A stretch of DNA of 64,000 bases from Lama glama (lineage: Eukaryota), in NCBI GenBank assembly GCA_028534125.1, contig CM052816.1:73224001-73288000 (forward strand), written 5' to 3'. The position numbers and the translations under genes were made by a program. How positions within the stretch are numbered: the stretch's first letter is position 1; the number at the start of each line of letters is the position of its first letter. A model generated the notes under the pieces. The model had not been told where the DNA came from. It did not search any database and worked only from the letters and a program-made list of their open reading frames with translations. Shown here one piece after another: positions 52,440 to 64,000 of this stretch.

Positions 52440-52635
52440 TAAGTGTGGCTTAGAATTGGAAGAACCTGTGTTTGACTGCCAGCTTTTATACTGACTAGTA
52501 GTACAGCTCTAAAGCTCAGTTTTCTAATAAACAAAACGAAGTTAATATTAGCACCTCATCCATAAGGCGTGGGAATGTTAAATGAGATAAGGCATATCTC
52601 ATGTACATAAAGTAGGGACCCTATAATGTTACTCA
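52440..52635 (+). mobile_element. MIR SINE
   Basis: CTCTAAAGCTCAGTTTTCT...TAAACAAAA...TAGCACCTCAT...TTAAATGAGATAA. Confidence 0.6.
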
Positions 52636-52744
52636 TATCAAGATATGCCAATTTAAAGGCTTATCATTTTCATTTTATTTTACCCCCCGTCATCAAATAT
52701 GTGAACTTTGTGCTGCATCAGCCACCCTAAATGTCAACTCTTAC

Positions 52745-52895
52745 TTTTCATCAAGCATCTGCTGGAAGTTTGTGGAGATGCAGATTCTTAGGTACCACCA
52801 GCATTCCTGAATCGAAGTTTAAATTTTAATGGTTTAATTTTAATTTGTTTACAAATTAAATAATTTGTATGCACGTTAAAATTTGAGAAACACTA
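52745..52895. mobile_element. MER5A-like MITE
   Basis: AGATGCAGATTCTTAGG...TGTATGCACGTTAAAATTTGAGAAACACT. Confidence 0.6.
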
Positions 52896-54797
52896 AATTT
52901 TGGAGCATGTTTCTTATAAACCTCCTCATTTCTTGTATGTGTTGCACCTGGTAATACTCACTCCGTCGAACTGTTGACCGTAGGCTTTCCTAACAAGCAC
53001 TATAGTACAGTTGCAGTAACACGTTTAAGTATAACAGAATGTTATCAGCATATATATCAAATATTGTAGTAGACTGCAGAAATTCAGCAAGTATCAGTGG
53101 TTAACTGTCCATTTGCCACATTCATCATCATGTAGGATATTAGGATGATTCTGGCTGCACATCCTTCATTCCTGTTTCAGAATATCCCAGGTTTCTGAGA
53201 TACTTATTAATTTCACCCATTTCAGATTTTGCCTAAATCAGTATTGTCTATGTCTTTTTAACACATGCTATTTTCACACATTTTTAGGACTTGTTCTTAG
53301 AAATCATGCCCTGAGTTACTCTGAGACAAAATTTTCATTCAGGCAAATGCCTCTTAGAAGTAAAATTCAATGATACATGAACAAGACTTAAATACTCTTA
53401 AGAAGACATTATTCTCATGTATTTTCAAAATATATGTAAACATAACAAAGTCATTAAATGTTGCAATAATGTTGGTACAAACACTACATATAAATCAATT
53501 TATAATGATAAATTGTAAGTTTTAATTATAAATTTAAAGACATTTATGCACTTTAAAAATACACATTTATCTGTCATGCTTTGAATAATTGCTCACCCAA
53601 TCAAGAAACTTAAAGATCTTTATTACATAATAAAATTTATTTTAAATAGTTTCATGCTTGAAACTGTTATGGCAATATAGCTTTTGCTAAATATTCTATC
53701 ATAATTTAAATTCTAATCATTTAGATTAGTTTTCTTCAAATTATGATGACTCATTAAGGTTTTCATACACATGGATTTTAATATTCCAGTCATATGTTAG
53801 CATTTATAAAATATATTTTTCTTGTTCTTAATCTTTTTCAATACAGATTTTTACGAAGAGGAAGAAAATGTGTTAGAAATTAAGTTGTGCTTGTATATGG
53901 TATTTCCTCTGACTTTTGTGATTAAAATTGTGTTTTGATGGGATTGTATGGGATGAGAGACTGCGGAAAGAGCCTTGAAGATGGTCCATAGCACCTCTTT
54001 AAAATTATTTCAGATAACAAAAAGGCACCTTCCAATGGAGCCATGGTTTTCTGCGGCACCTGCAGCCTGGGGACAAACTGTTCTGGATCAGCCATTTGGG
54101 GTGACCATTCTTTGAAAGACTCAGAGAGGATGTGCCCAAGGCTGTCACTGAACATTCCATCAGCTTGGCTCTCCATCTGTGTTATTTTGGTTTCGGGTGA
54201 AGTAGTTCTCAATAATAAGGTAATGTTTTCTGACTTCTTTGTAACTCGCTGCCCTCTAGTTTCTGAAACTGAAGCATGGAAAAGTGTCTTTGCTCAGTGA
54301 GAGGCCTGTTTGTGCTGGGGAGGAGCAGGAGAGGCGGGGGGCAAGCTGCAGTGACCCAACGCACTCAAAACAAGGCCAACTGACATGAGTCCTGAGAACG
54401 CAGGATGAAGCAGGGAGACAATTCAGACCTGATCTTGGTCTAACATCCTAAGAATGAGAAGAAAGAGTTTGTTCTAAACAATAAGCTTTGCCTTTCAGAA
54501 ATTCCTCTTTAGGAACTCTTTCATAAACCAGTGGGATCCACTTTCCACTTGCAAGCACTTCTCTGTGATCACCTGGAAATAGGCGAGCAAACATTTTTAA
54601 AAAGAAAATAAGAATATGTTTTCAAAGAAAGCAATGAATATGAATAGAAAGTGAAGGATAAAAATAATTTTTTTAAGTTATATAAGACATTTTGAAAAGA
54701 GTGCTTAATTTCCTAAAAACTGATGTTCTGAAATTGGTGGAAAGTTTTTTATCCTCAAATCTTTTTTCTCTAGTATTATACTTTCAAGGATAGACAT

Positions 54798-55127
54798 TTT
54801 CTTTTAATTGAAGTATAATTGATTCACAGTATTTCATTAATTTCAGGAATACAGCAACATGTGTCAGTTATATATATTTTTTCTTTTTGATTCTTTTCCA
54901 TTGTAAGTTTTTACAAAATATTGAGTACAGTTTCCTGAGTTACACAGTAAATTCTTGTTGTTTATTTTATATATGGTAGTGTATATCTGTTAATCCCATA
55001 CTCCTAATTTATCCCTCCTCACCCTTCCCCTTTGGTCTGTGAGTCTGTTTATGTTTTGTTAAGTTCATTGGTACTATTTTTTTAGAGTCTACATTTAAGT
55101 GATATCATATAATATTTGTCTTTCTCT
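54798..55127 (-). mobile_element. L1 3' end, 5'-truncated
   Basis: TTAATTGAAGTATAATTGATT...CCCATACTCCTAATTTATCCCTCC...AAGTGATATCATATAATATTTGTCTTTCTCT; TSD AAGGA(T/C)AGACAT at 54786-54797 and 55128-55139. Confidence 0.92.
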
Positions 55128-56969
55128 AAGGACAGACATATTTTTAAGTAACACATAACAGTTGAGACATTTAACCTTAAATATGTGAATGCTTCTTTGA
55201 TGATCAGAGTCTGGATTCTGATTTTAAAAGTAGAGAAAGCATACATAAGAAAAAGAAGAAAAAAAATTAGTTAGAGAAAAGATTTATGTCCCCCTCCAAG
55301 GGTTAAGTATTCACTATATGAAAATGTTCAGGATTTCCCCCAAGGACATAAGTCTACTGATTGCCACTATCACAATGTGCAGAACTACGCTGGATTTTGG
55401 AAACTGTAATCCCAAATGTTCTGTACCTGAGATGTGAAGCAATGACATGAAGTATGGTTAACATATGTCCCAAATTAGTTTCTTATTCCTAGTCAAATGA
55501 AATCATCCCCTCTAAACCCAAAACCTGTTCATGAGAGAATAGTTTTTGCCAGTCTCAGGAGCCTTAGGGCCTACATTTATCCAGATGTTTTGATTTTTCC
55601 AACAGATGGCTCTCAAAATTTTATTCCTATTTCAGTCACTGCTGCCACTTTAAGTGTTTCCTGAAGATCTCTGGCAATTCCTTCCAAGAGCTTCATGGCA
55701 CAACAGTCAGGCATCCAGGCCTTTTCAGTTGTGCTAGTCACATCCTCGCACAAAATGTAATGAAATACAGACTGATATAAAGCACTAGAGATGTGAGCTA
55801 TACTACTTGTAAAAATGTGCTGATATTTGTGAAAGGTTGATGTGCTTATGTTAGATCACATCTACAATGAAGAATTAAAATAAATGCACATTGCAAAAGT
55901 GTCAATTATACATTTAGGAACCTTCAGCATTCCAAAAAAAATAACTTTATTAATGATTTCACTGTCCATCCCACTGGACTTTTTAATCATTTTCAGCCAG
56001 TTTATACTATCTATTTTTGGTGAAATTCCCTCAATACAATGTTCAATTCAGATTTATTTGATGAAGAGAGGTTACCAGCTCACTTTAAAGTGTCATGTTA
56101 GCACTTTGAGCATTTCCCCCAGATGATAGCTCAGGCCTATTAAAGACCAAGAGAAATCAAACAATCTCTTTTTCTTAGATTAGTTTCAAGTTTGTTAAGG
56201 TTTTGCTAATCTAGGGTATATGTAGTTATGCACAGGTTTCTAGTTTCCTGAATTGCTCATGTTTATAAAGAGAATTCCTACCATAATATGACTTTTTCCT
56301 TTTCCTAACTGTAGATGTTTTATACTTTTTTCCATTATTTGCAGAAATTTCAGTATTGATTGAGAACTAAATACATATAAATGTTTTCAAGGATATCACA
56401 AAAATTACTTGGAAGAATCTTAACTTTTTAAAATTTCTAGCAAATATCAAATCATTTGAGAGTTTTCCTACTTTCATCAGTCTTTCCAGAAGTTAAGGGC
56501 CAGATTTGTTAATTAATACTATAAGCATATGGGAGGAAAAAGAGTCCAAGACATATGTAAGACATGCCATTAAGTGTAAGGCTTAAATGATTGAAAGTCT
56601 AGTCACATATAGAATGGATCAATGCAGAATGCAGACAAGAAATGAGGAAAATTAAGGACACTGAAAGAAATATTACAGAACCAAATATTAATTTTTAAAA
56701 AAACTGAACAGTATTGTTTGGCACCAGAAGCAAACAAATAACTAAAACAAAATAAAACAATTAAGCCACAAACCTAACTGCCTTATAACTGAAAAGTTTC
56801 ATATTTTTATTAGTTCCTCACTAGTTCTCCACATCTACAATTTGCTCATAATTACGATCACAGTGCAGGTACATTTTTACTCTGCCTTTTCTCACTTATC
56901 CTTTAGCACAAGATACTCTCCAGTCTCCTGCCATTAAGGTTATGTGCACTATGATGGTTCTATAATAGA

Positions 56970-57157
56970 AATTAACCTGTAGCCATTTTTGTAAATAAAG
57001 TTTTATTAGAACACAGCCATACCTGTTTGTTTCTATATTGTCTAGAGCTGCTTTTGTGATTCATCAGAACAGTTAAATATTTGCTACATAGATTATAGGG
57101 CCTGCAACCCAATTGATTTAGTAACTTGTTCTTTAAGAAAAAGTTTGCTGACGTGTC
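56970..57157 (+). mobile_element. MER58A hAT MITE
   Basis: TTTTTGTAAATAAAGTTTTATTAGAACACAGCCAT...AAGAAAAAGTTTGCTGAC. Confidence 0.85.
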
Positions 57158-57519
57158 ATAATATACTTTTTTTTCCTGCTATTGGACATTAAATTTCTTT
57201 CCAAGTCTTTTCCATACTATGATAAAATCCTTGTGAACACTTATGTGCAAATCAACTTACCTTTTTTAAAAATGTTATTCCTAAAGAAATATACTGAGAG
57301 TTGCTAAATCAAAACAAATATATGTAACTTTTCTTATTATAAAATTAATTTTTAAAAGTTTTGTACACGTGGCCATAAGTACAAATTGCCACAAGTAATG
57401 TCACAGAGTATGGGATTTGATAGAATTTTGCTAGTATTAAATATTATTACACATTTTAATTTTTAACAGTTTTGTCATCATTTATAAGAAAATTGTATTT
57501 TGATTATAAAATAAGTACA

Positions 57520-58620
57520 ATGCTGACAAAATTTTAAAAATAAAACTTGATAAACTGATTCTAAAATTCATCTAAAATAGAAAAAATACAAGATCAGTTA
57601 ACTGAAAAATATAACTGGGGCATGGATGGGAGGAAAATTTTACTAAATGTGAAAACCTGCTGTAAAACTACGTTAACAAAATGGTGTGGCATTGGCACAA
57701 CAGAATTAAAAAGTTCGATTAAGCACAAGACTTCTAAAAGATATAGATATACCTAATTTATACGTATTAAATGTGTGATTTAGTACCATCCTATGAATGG
57801 TATTTAAATAACTGGCTATCATTTGGAAAAAAAGTTAAATGCTTACTTCACACTACAGACAAGAAACAAAATTCCAGACAATTAACTAGTTATACATTAT
57901 ATGTATGATCATGTATAACTGAAAAATTGTGCTCTACACTGGAAATTGACACAACATTGTAAACTGACTATAACTCAATTTAAAAAAAAACTAGTTATAC
58001 ATTAAAAAGAACTCTAGAAAAATTTTAAAACAATAAGGAGAAATTAACTTAAGATTAGTGAAGGCCCACTTAATTAGCAAAACAGAAAACACAAATATTT
58101 GAAGAAAAAGACTAACATATTTGTCTACATTTGAAAAGAAAAGAAAACTTCTATATGGGAAAAGAATCATACTCAGAGTTTGAAAAAATAACAGGGAGAA
58201 TTTATTTGGAGCCCATTTATAACATGTACAGATTAATAGGTAATATATTAATATACAAATGCATCTATTAAATCAGTACAGATATAAATTCATCATTTAG
58301 AAGATTGTTTGAAGTTGCATTAAAATGTAAGTGTCTACCTTTCAATTTAGCAATTCTACCTCCAGGTAGACATTATGCAGAAATACACATGAAATGTTAT
58401 AGACTTGTCATAATGAAAATTGTAGTAAACTAAATCAATATGCAACAATTACACATAGTTAACATGTCCATAATATCAAATTCTATTAAATAAAGGAGCA
58501 ATGTAGATTCATATAAACTAATACGGAGAGAAACTTTCCAACATGTATTGTGATTCTACAAAAGCAAATTATAGACAGTGTTTAGAATAAGATCCTACTC
58601 ATCTAAAGTATATACATAAG
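57520..58620 (+). mobile_element. Old L1 (L1ME-like) ORF2/3' remnant
   Basis: AACTTGATAAACTGATTCTAAAATTCAT, GGTGTGGCATTGGCACA, ATAACTGGCTATCATTTGGAAAAAA, AGCAATTCTACCTCCAGG. Confidence 0.75.
57900..57988 (+). mobile_element. Very short young L1 3'-end insertion
   Basis: GAAATTGACACAACATTGTAAACTGACTATAACTCAATT plus poly-A; perfect 16-bp TSD AACTAGTTATACATTA at 57884-57899 and 57989-58004. Confidence 0.9.
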
Positions 58621-58939
58621 AAAATTACATGTTTATATTATGTAGATATGTTTCAAGACTTATTCCAATCATTTACATTTCTGGATACACATATGTATAT
58701 ACATATATACCTACAAGTAAAGATAAAGCTATTCTAAATGGATTAGAAAAGGCAAATCTAATTCTTCCTTTGGATTAATTATGCAAAGTGCTGAGAAAAA
58801 AACTGAGTCTTGGAAGACTAGGACTCAGAAGAAATACACAATTAAGGACTAAGGAGAGAATGTCCATTCCTCCCACATTTTATATGCAACAAATCTAATT
58901 TACCAAAAATATTCTTTGTATTCCTCCACTCTGTAACCT

Positions 58940-59070
58940 TAAAATACCTGCTAAATGACTTTAGAATTAATGTAAGTCTCTTCTGCCCTGTTGGCCACTG
59001 CATTGCCAAGCAACTAGGATAATGTCTGGTGCCTAGGAAGTACTCAATTAATAGTTGCTAAATAAGTGTA
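58940..59070 (+). mobile_element. L2 3' end fragment
   Basis: AATGTAAGTCTC...CTAGGATAATGTCTGG...TAGGAAGTACTCAATTAATAGTTGCTAAAT. Confidence 0.6.
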
Positions 59071-59127
59071 ATATAAAATTTAATCTTTAAACTACTAACA
59101 TAAAATCATGTTTAGAGGCAGGGTCTA

Positions 59128-60350
59128 CTTTTTTTTTAATTTTTATTTTTTAAGTGACATATAGTTAGTTGTAATGTGTCAATTTGTGGTATACAGCACA
59201 ATGTCCCAGTCATGCATATACATACAAATTTTCATTTTCATATTCTTTTTCATTAAAGGTTATTACAAAATATTGAATATAGTTCCCTGTGCTAAACAGA
59301 ATAAATTTGTTTTTTTAATCTATTTTTATACATAGTGACTAACATTTGAAAATCTCAAACTCCCAAATTTATCCCTTCCCACCTCCTTTCCCCCAGTAAC
59401 CAGAAGATTGTTTACTATGACTGCGAGTCTCTTTTCTGTTTCGTAGATGAGTTCATTAGTGTCCTCTTTTTTTTCTTTTTTTAGGTTCCATATATGAATG
59501 ACATCATATGGTATTTTCTTTCTCTTTCTGGTTTACTTCACTTAGAATGATGATCTCTAGATCCATCAATGTTATTGCAAATGGCATTATTTTATTATTT
59601 TTATGGCTGAGTAGGATTCCATTGTATAAATATACCACAAGTTCTTTATCCAGTCATCTATCGATAGACATTTAGGTTGTTTCCATGTCTTGGCTATTGT
59701 AAATAACACTGCTATTTAATTGGAGTGCATGTATCTTTTTGAATCATAGTTCCCTCTGGGTATATGCCCAGGAGTGGGATTGCTGGATCATATGGTAAGT
59801 CTCTTTTCAGTTTTTTGAGGAATCTCCATACTGTTTTCCATAACGGCTGCACCAAACTACATTCCCACCAACAGTATTGGAGGGTCCCCTTTTCTCCACA
59901 CCCTCTCTAGCATTAATCATTTGTGGACTTTTGAATGATGGCTGTTCTGACTGGTGTGAGGTGATATTTCATTGTAGTTTGATTTGCATTTCTCTGATAG
60001 TGATATTGAGCATTTTTTCATGCGCCTGTTGGCACATTTGTATGTCTTCATTGAAGAATTGCTTGTTTAGGTCTTCTGCCCTTTTTTGGATTGGGTTGTT
60101 TGTTTTTTTATTATTAAGTTGTATGAGCTGTTTATATATTCTGGAAATTAAACCTTTGTCAGTGGTATCATTTGCAAATATTTTCTTCCATTCTGTAGGT
60201 TGTCATTTTGTTTTGCTTATGGTTTCCTTTGCTGTGAAAAAGCTTGTAAGTTTAATTAGGTTCCATTTGTTAATTTTTGCTTTTATTTCTATTGCCCAGG
60301 TAGACTGTCTTAGGAGAACATTGCTAACATTTACATTAGAGAATGTTTTG
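59128..60350 (-). mobile_element. L1 (ORF2 C-terminus plus 3' UTR), 5'-truncated
   Basis: Minus-strand peptide AIEIKAKINKWNLIKLTSFFTAKETISKTK; poly-T at 59129; TSD TAGAGGCAGGGT(C/T)TA at 59113-59127 and 60351-60365. Confidence 0.97.
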
Positions 60351-60394
60351 TAGAGGCAGGGTTTATAAACTGCAGTTTGGACACTGCACACCTT

Positions 60395-61290
60395 TCTTTA
60401 TTAATCCATTTGTTCAACTAACATGTATATACTTAAGTATGTTTGTACTTATCACATCCTTATTACAGATAAGGCAATCATGGGCTTCTGTTCTCAAGGC
60501 ACTTATACTGTGCCGGGGGGACAGACAATAGTCAAATAAATCATTTAGCAAGGAAAGATGAGGTGATTAAAGAGCTTTGTGATAGATAACAGGGGATAAA
60601 CAGTGACTCAGGGGCTGCTTTGGTTGAGGAATGAGGAAAGGCCTCTGTGAGAAAGTGACATGAAACCAGTGATTCCCAGTGACGTGTATAGGGGTGGGAA
60701 GTGTTGATTTTACCCTCTTGGGGATATCTGGCAGTGTCTGGAAACACTTTTTTTCATTACAACTTGTGGGGTGGGGGTGTGGAGAGATGTTCTGTCGGCA
60801 TCTAATAGAGCCCAGGGATATCCCTGAATATACTGCAAAGCACAGGACCTCCTTTCCCACAACAAAAAATTTACCCAGACCAAAATGTTAACAGTGTGGA
60901 GTCTGAGAAATCCTGTAGTAAGCTAAAATGAATATAGCAAAATTAAATCTACCTTAAATTGTTTGCTGGAAGAGCACTCCAGGCAGAGGAAATGGCTATG
61001 ACAAATATAAAATAAGAACATTCTTAATGTGCCTGAAAAATGGGAAGAGATCTTCTTGAGAAAGTAGAAGTAGAGAGGAAGAAGGTAGACATGGTTTATG
61101 GTAAAGGGTTTGGATATATTATGATATGAGTGCAACGGGAAGACGAGGGAGAGACATTCTGGAGAATAGCATGATGTGTTTTGCATTTTTATAGGATCAT
61201 TTTGGATGCTTCTTGGAAGAAAGAAAACAAGAAGAGAGCCACAGCATTAAGTAAGTTAAGAGAAGAAATCATTTCAAGGGGAACAGAACA
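60395..61290 (-). mobile_element. L2 remnant split by MER20
   Basis: CCATTTGTTCAAC, CTCAAGGCACTTATACT...GGGGGACAGACAA, GGAAAGGCCTCTGTGAGAAAGTGACAT; resumes GAAGAGCACTCCAGGCAGAGGAAA...AGGATCATTTTGGATGCT. Confidence 0.75.
60667..60915 (+). mobile_element. MER20 hAT MITE
   Basis: CAGTGATTC...GATTTTACCC..GGGGATATCTGGCAGTGTCTGGA...GGCATCTA...CCCACAACAAAAAATTTACCCAGACCAAAATGTTAACAGTG...GAGAAATCCTG. Confidence 0.9.
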
Positions 61291-61389
61291 CATTGGTCAC
61301 TTATGTGTTCAGTCATCTGGTGACATTAACACTTTCGCTTTTTCATTTGCATTATCTGGTTCCGTCATCACTGAGTTCAGTCTAGCCTG

Positions 61390-61600
61390 AACACTGTGCT
61401 AATAGTTAACCTACATCATGTAATAGAATCTTTGCAACAACCGTGTGAGGAACATACATATAACTATCTTAATTAACAAATGAGAAGACTGAGGTTGAAA
61501 GTATTTAAATAATTTACCTATTATCACTCAAATAATACATAGTAGAGTTCACCAAACTCATATCTACATTTCTTCATTCCATGGTCTTACACACTCTATA
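61390..61600 (-). mobile_element. MIR SINE
   Basis: CACTGTGCTAA...AATCTTTGCAACAACCGTGTGAGG...ACAAATGAGAAGACTGAGGTTG. Confidence 0.75.
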
Positions 61601-64000
61601 TGAACTTCTAAGTGAGTTAAGCCTGGGTAAGAGTCACATATTGCTCTAGCAAGGAATCCTAGATTTTTTAAATGACATTTTGTTCTCAACCAAATGGTAC
61701 ACAACAATAATTTTTACATTTATTTCTTCAATCAATAATACAGACACTGAGCAAACTTGTATTTTATCATAATCATGGGGTTTTCAATCTTCCCAGAAGT
61801 TTCCTATTTTTTTTTTTCTGTGTCTTGAGTAGTACAGGTATTGCTTTCAAGTAGCTGCTACTTTTAATAACAAATCTTTGATCACTTTTTGTCCCCCAGT
61901 GCCTCACTTTACTCCTTCTATTGCTGTCTTTGAGTTCTCCTGCTGCCCGTGGTATAATCCTTATCCTTTTCCTCACCACCCTCAACTCCACAATGTTACC
62001 TCTTGGTTGGCTTGCATTTTAGCTCAGCTTGTTGGAACGGTCTGCCCTTTGTGAGCACAAAATAGAGGTGGGTCCTGACAATGCTTCATTCCCAGTTTTG
62101 AATCACTACAAATGACCCCAAGAACAAGGAAGGGAGAATTTGAGAGAAAACACCCATGGCCACACATAAAATGTTGTTGTTGTTGTTGAATAGGAAAGAG
62201 TCAGTATCTCTGACCATCTTTTAACTCCTGGTAAGTTCCTTGCTATCCCTGGACGTCATTTTGTCTCCCCACCCCAATTGCACCTTACTCATTTTAGAGT
62301 ATCTTTCATGGCTATTATTTTTTTTTATATTCATGAGTCTTATTCCCAGTGTCCCTGGGGCCTGGCCAGAATTCATGCATTCAGGTTCTATTTCATTATG
62401 TCTCCCTGAAGTTATAAAAATTAAGCAAAAATCCTAGTGGCTTCCTCATATTAAAAATTGCTAATGAGATATATGAAAATTAGATCCTCTCTGTGATCTA
62501 TATCTCACTTGTGATAACCACTGAAAAATAACATGTATGTTAAAATGGCCACTAAAATACAAGATATGATTAATCCATAAAATTAAACCATGTTCCAATC
62601 CTATTTCTATAGCCGTTGGTCCTTATAATAAATATTTTTATTGTTATTCAAGAAAGTGGTAGGATACAGGTGACTGTAAGTGTTCTAGACAGATTTCCAG
62701 ACATTATGAAATCTGTTTGTGATGTTGTCACATTTACTGCACGTAAGATTTAGGGAAAGTCCTATAATTTGCAGATGTTTCTCCTTTTTATTTTTGTTTT
62801 GAAACATATACCTAACTATACCATGAAACTGTTGTGATAATTGAAAAAGATAAAACAGTTGGAAATGCTTTGAAAATCACAAAAATAAAGAATCAGGTTA
62901 TTCTTATACAGAAGTGGAAAACGTCTGCACACGTGCAGTTAAGTCAAAATGAAGTGTGTGTATTGGTAGATGCTGTGTATTTAACATTTGTAAGATAATC
63001 GGCATCCAGTCTGAAAAGACAAAAGATACCACCTTCTATAATAAGCATCCTCACCTAACAGATCAAGTTCTGTTCCAACCACGTTGGCACCTGTGGAAAT
63101 CTTTGTGTTTGATGACGACATTCTATTGTAAGCATCAAAGTTTCACAGGAATGAAAGAGAAAAAAGTTAGACATTGGTTTACCTGACACTGAGGCAAGTA
63201 TAAGTAAGCTAAACTTCCAGTCTCTAATAAAAAGCTGATGCTTTGTTCTCAAAAGCATTCATGACATGTTTCCTCCTTTCTCCAATGCTAAAATGGATGG
63301 AGGATTGTAGAGGTAAATAAAAGAGATAAAAGGCTTTTATTTCTATATTGTTTAATTATAGCAGCTTGAGCATATCGTTTGGTTGTCATCTAATTGAGAA
63401 GTGCATTCAATGGAAGTGGTACCCAAATTCACCTTGACACCTGATTCGTCATGGAAGATAAAAATCGAACTTTGTTTGGGTCCGTTTTAAGAACCTGGCT
63501 AAAGAGGATTTCTGTCATATCTTTTTTGATCCTTTCTTGCTTACAAAATTATACTTCACTATAATTCAGTATATAATGGTGAGGACATATGAAAGTTCTT
63601 CCCTAACAAACCTGATTATCTACTTTTTCCCAAAAGAATTCCTTTGATGTTGCATCATGGGTAGTTAGAGGGTAGCTAGCAAAAGTTAAACACAAGAAGA
63701 AAATTCTTAACATTTTTGCAACTGGAATTGCAATTTGATGAAAAATTTTGTACCAAGATTACCAAGCCTGGAAAAAGCAATGAAATAATATTGTAACTCT
63801 TGCTGGTGTTTCTCAAAATGAAATTTCCTATTTATTTATCTAATGCTGACAGAGAAATAAGTAGCTTAGCCCTTCAGTCCTCATTTAATAAAAAGTTGAA
63901 TTAGATAGGTACAAATCCACTGCCTGTGGAAGAGCAGAGGGTTTTGGATCTAGGTTTATGATACAACTTAGGCATATGCAACTGTATCTCTTTACCCGCT

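Noticed and set aside
59877..60353. 158-aa hydrophobic + strand ORF resembling a membrane protein
   Set aside because: Antisense reading of L1 ORF2, a well-known spurious ORF
1..64000. CRISPR arrays, prokaryotic operons, rRNA/snRNA genes, NUMTs or a novel multi-gene system
   Set aside because: No regularly spaced repeat-spacer array, no long coding ORFs and no recognisable structural-RNA or mitochondrial sequence seen

Overview
AT-rich, CpG-depleted mammalian intergenic/intronic DNA, most likely from a camelid (alpaca/camel), judged from two copies of a camelid-type tRNA-derived SINE and the apparent absence of Alu, Bov-A/Bov-B or PRE-1. I found no intact protein-coding gene or RNA gene. The only recognisable host-gene sequence is a degraded processed pseudogene of PSMG2 (about 25029-25790). 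The rest is layered transposon debris (L1, L2, CR1/L3, MIR, MaLR/ERVL LTRs, an ERV-L gag-pro-RT fossil at about 37050-39755, hAT MITEs), microsatellites, repeat-poor stretches that may be regulatory, and a 500-N gap flanked by an exact 199-bp duplication. I found no convincing previously undescribed biological system; the findings are modest, testable oddities. Repeat family names come from recalled consensus sequences, not a search, and boundaries are approximate unless a target-site duplication (TSD) is quoted.
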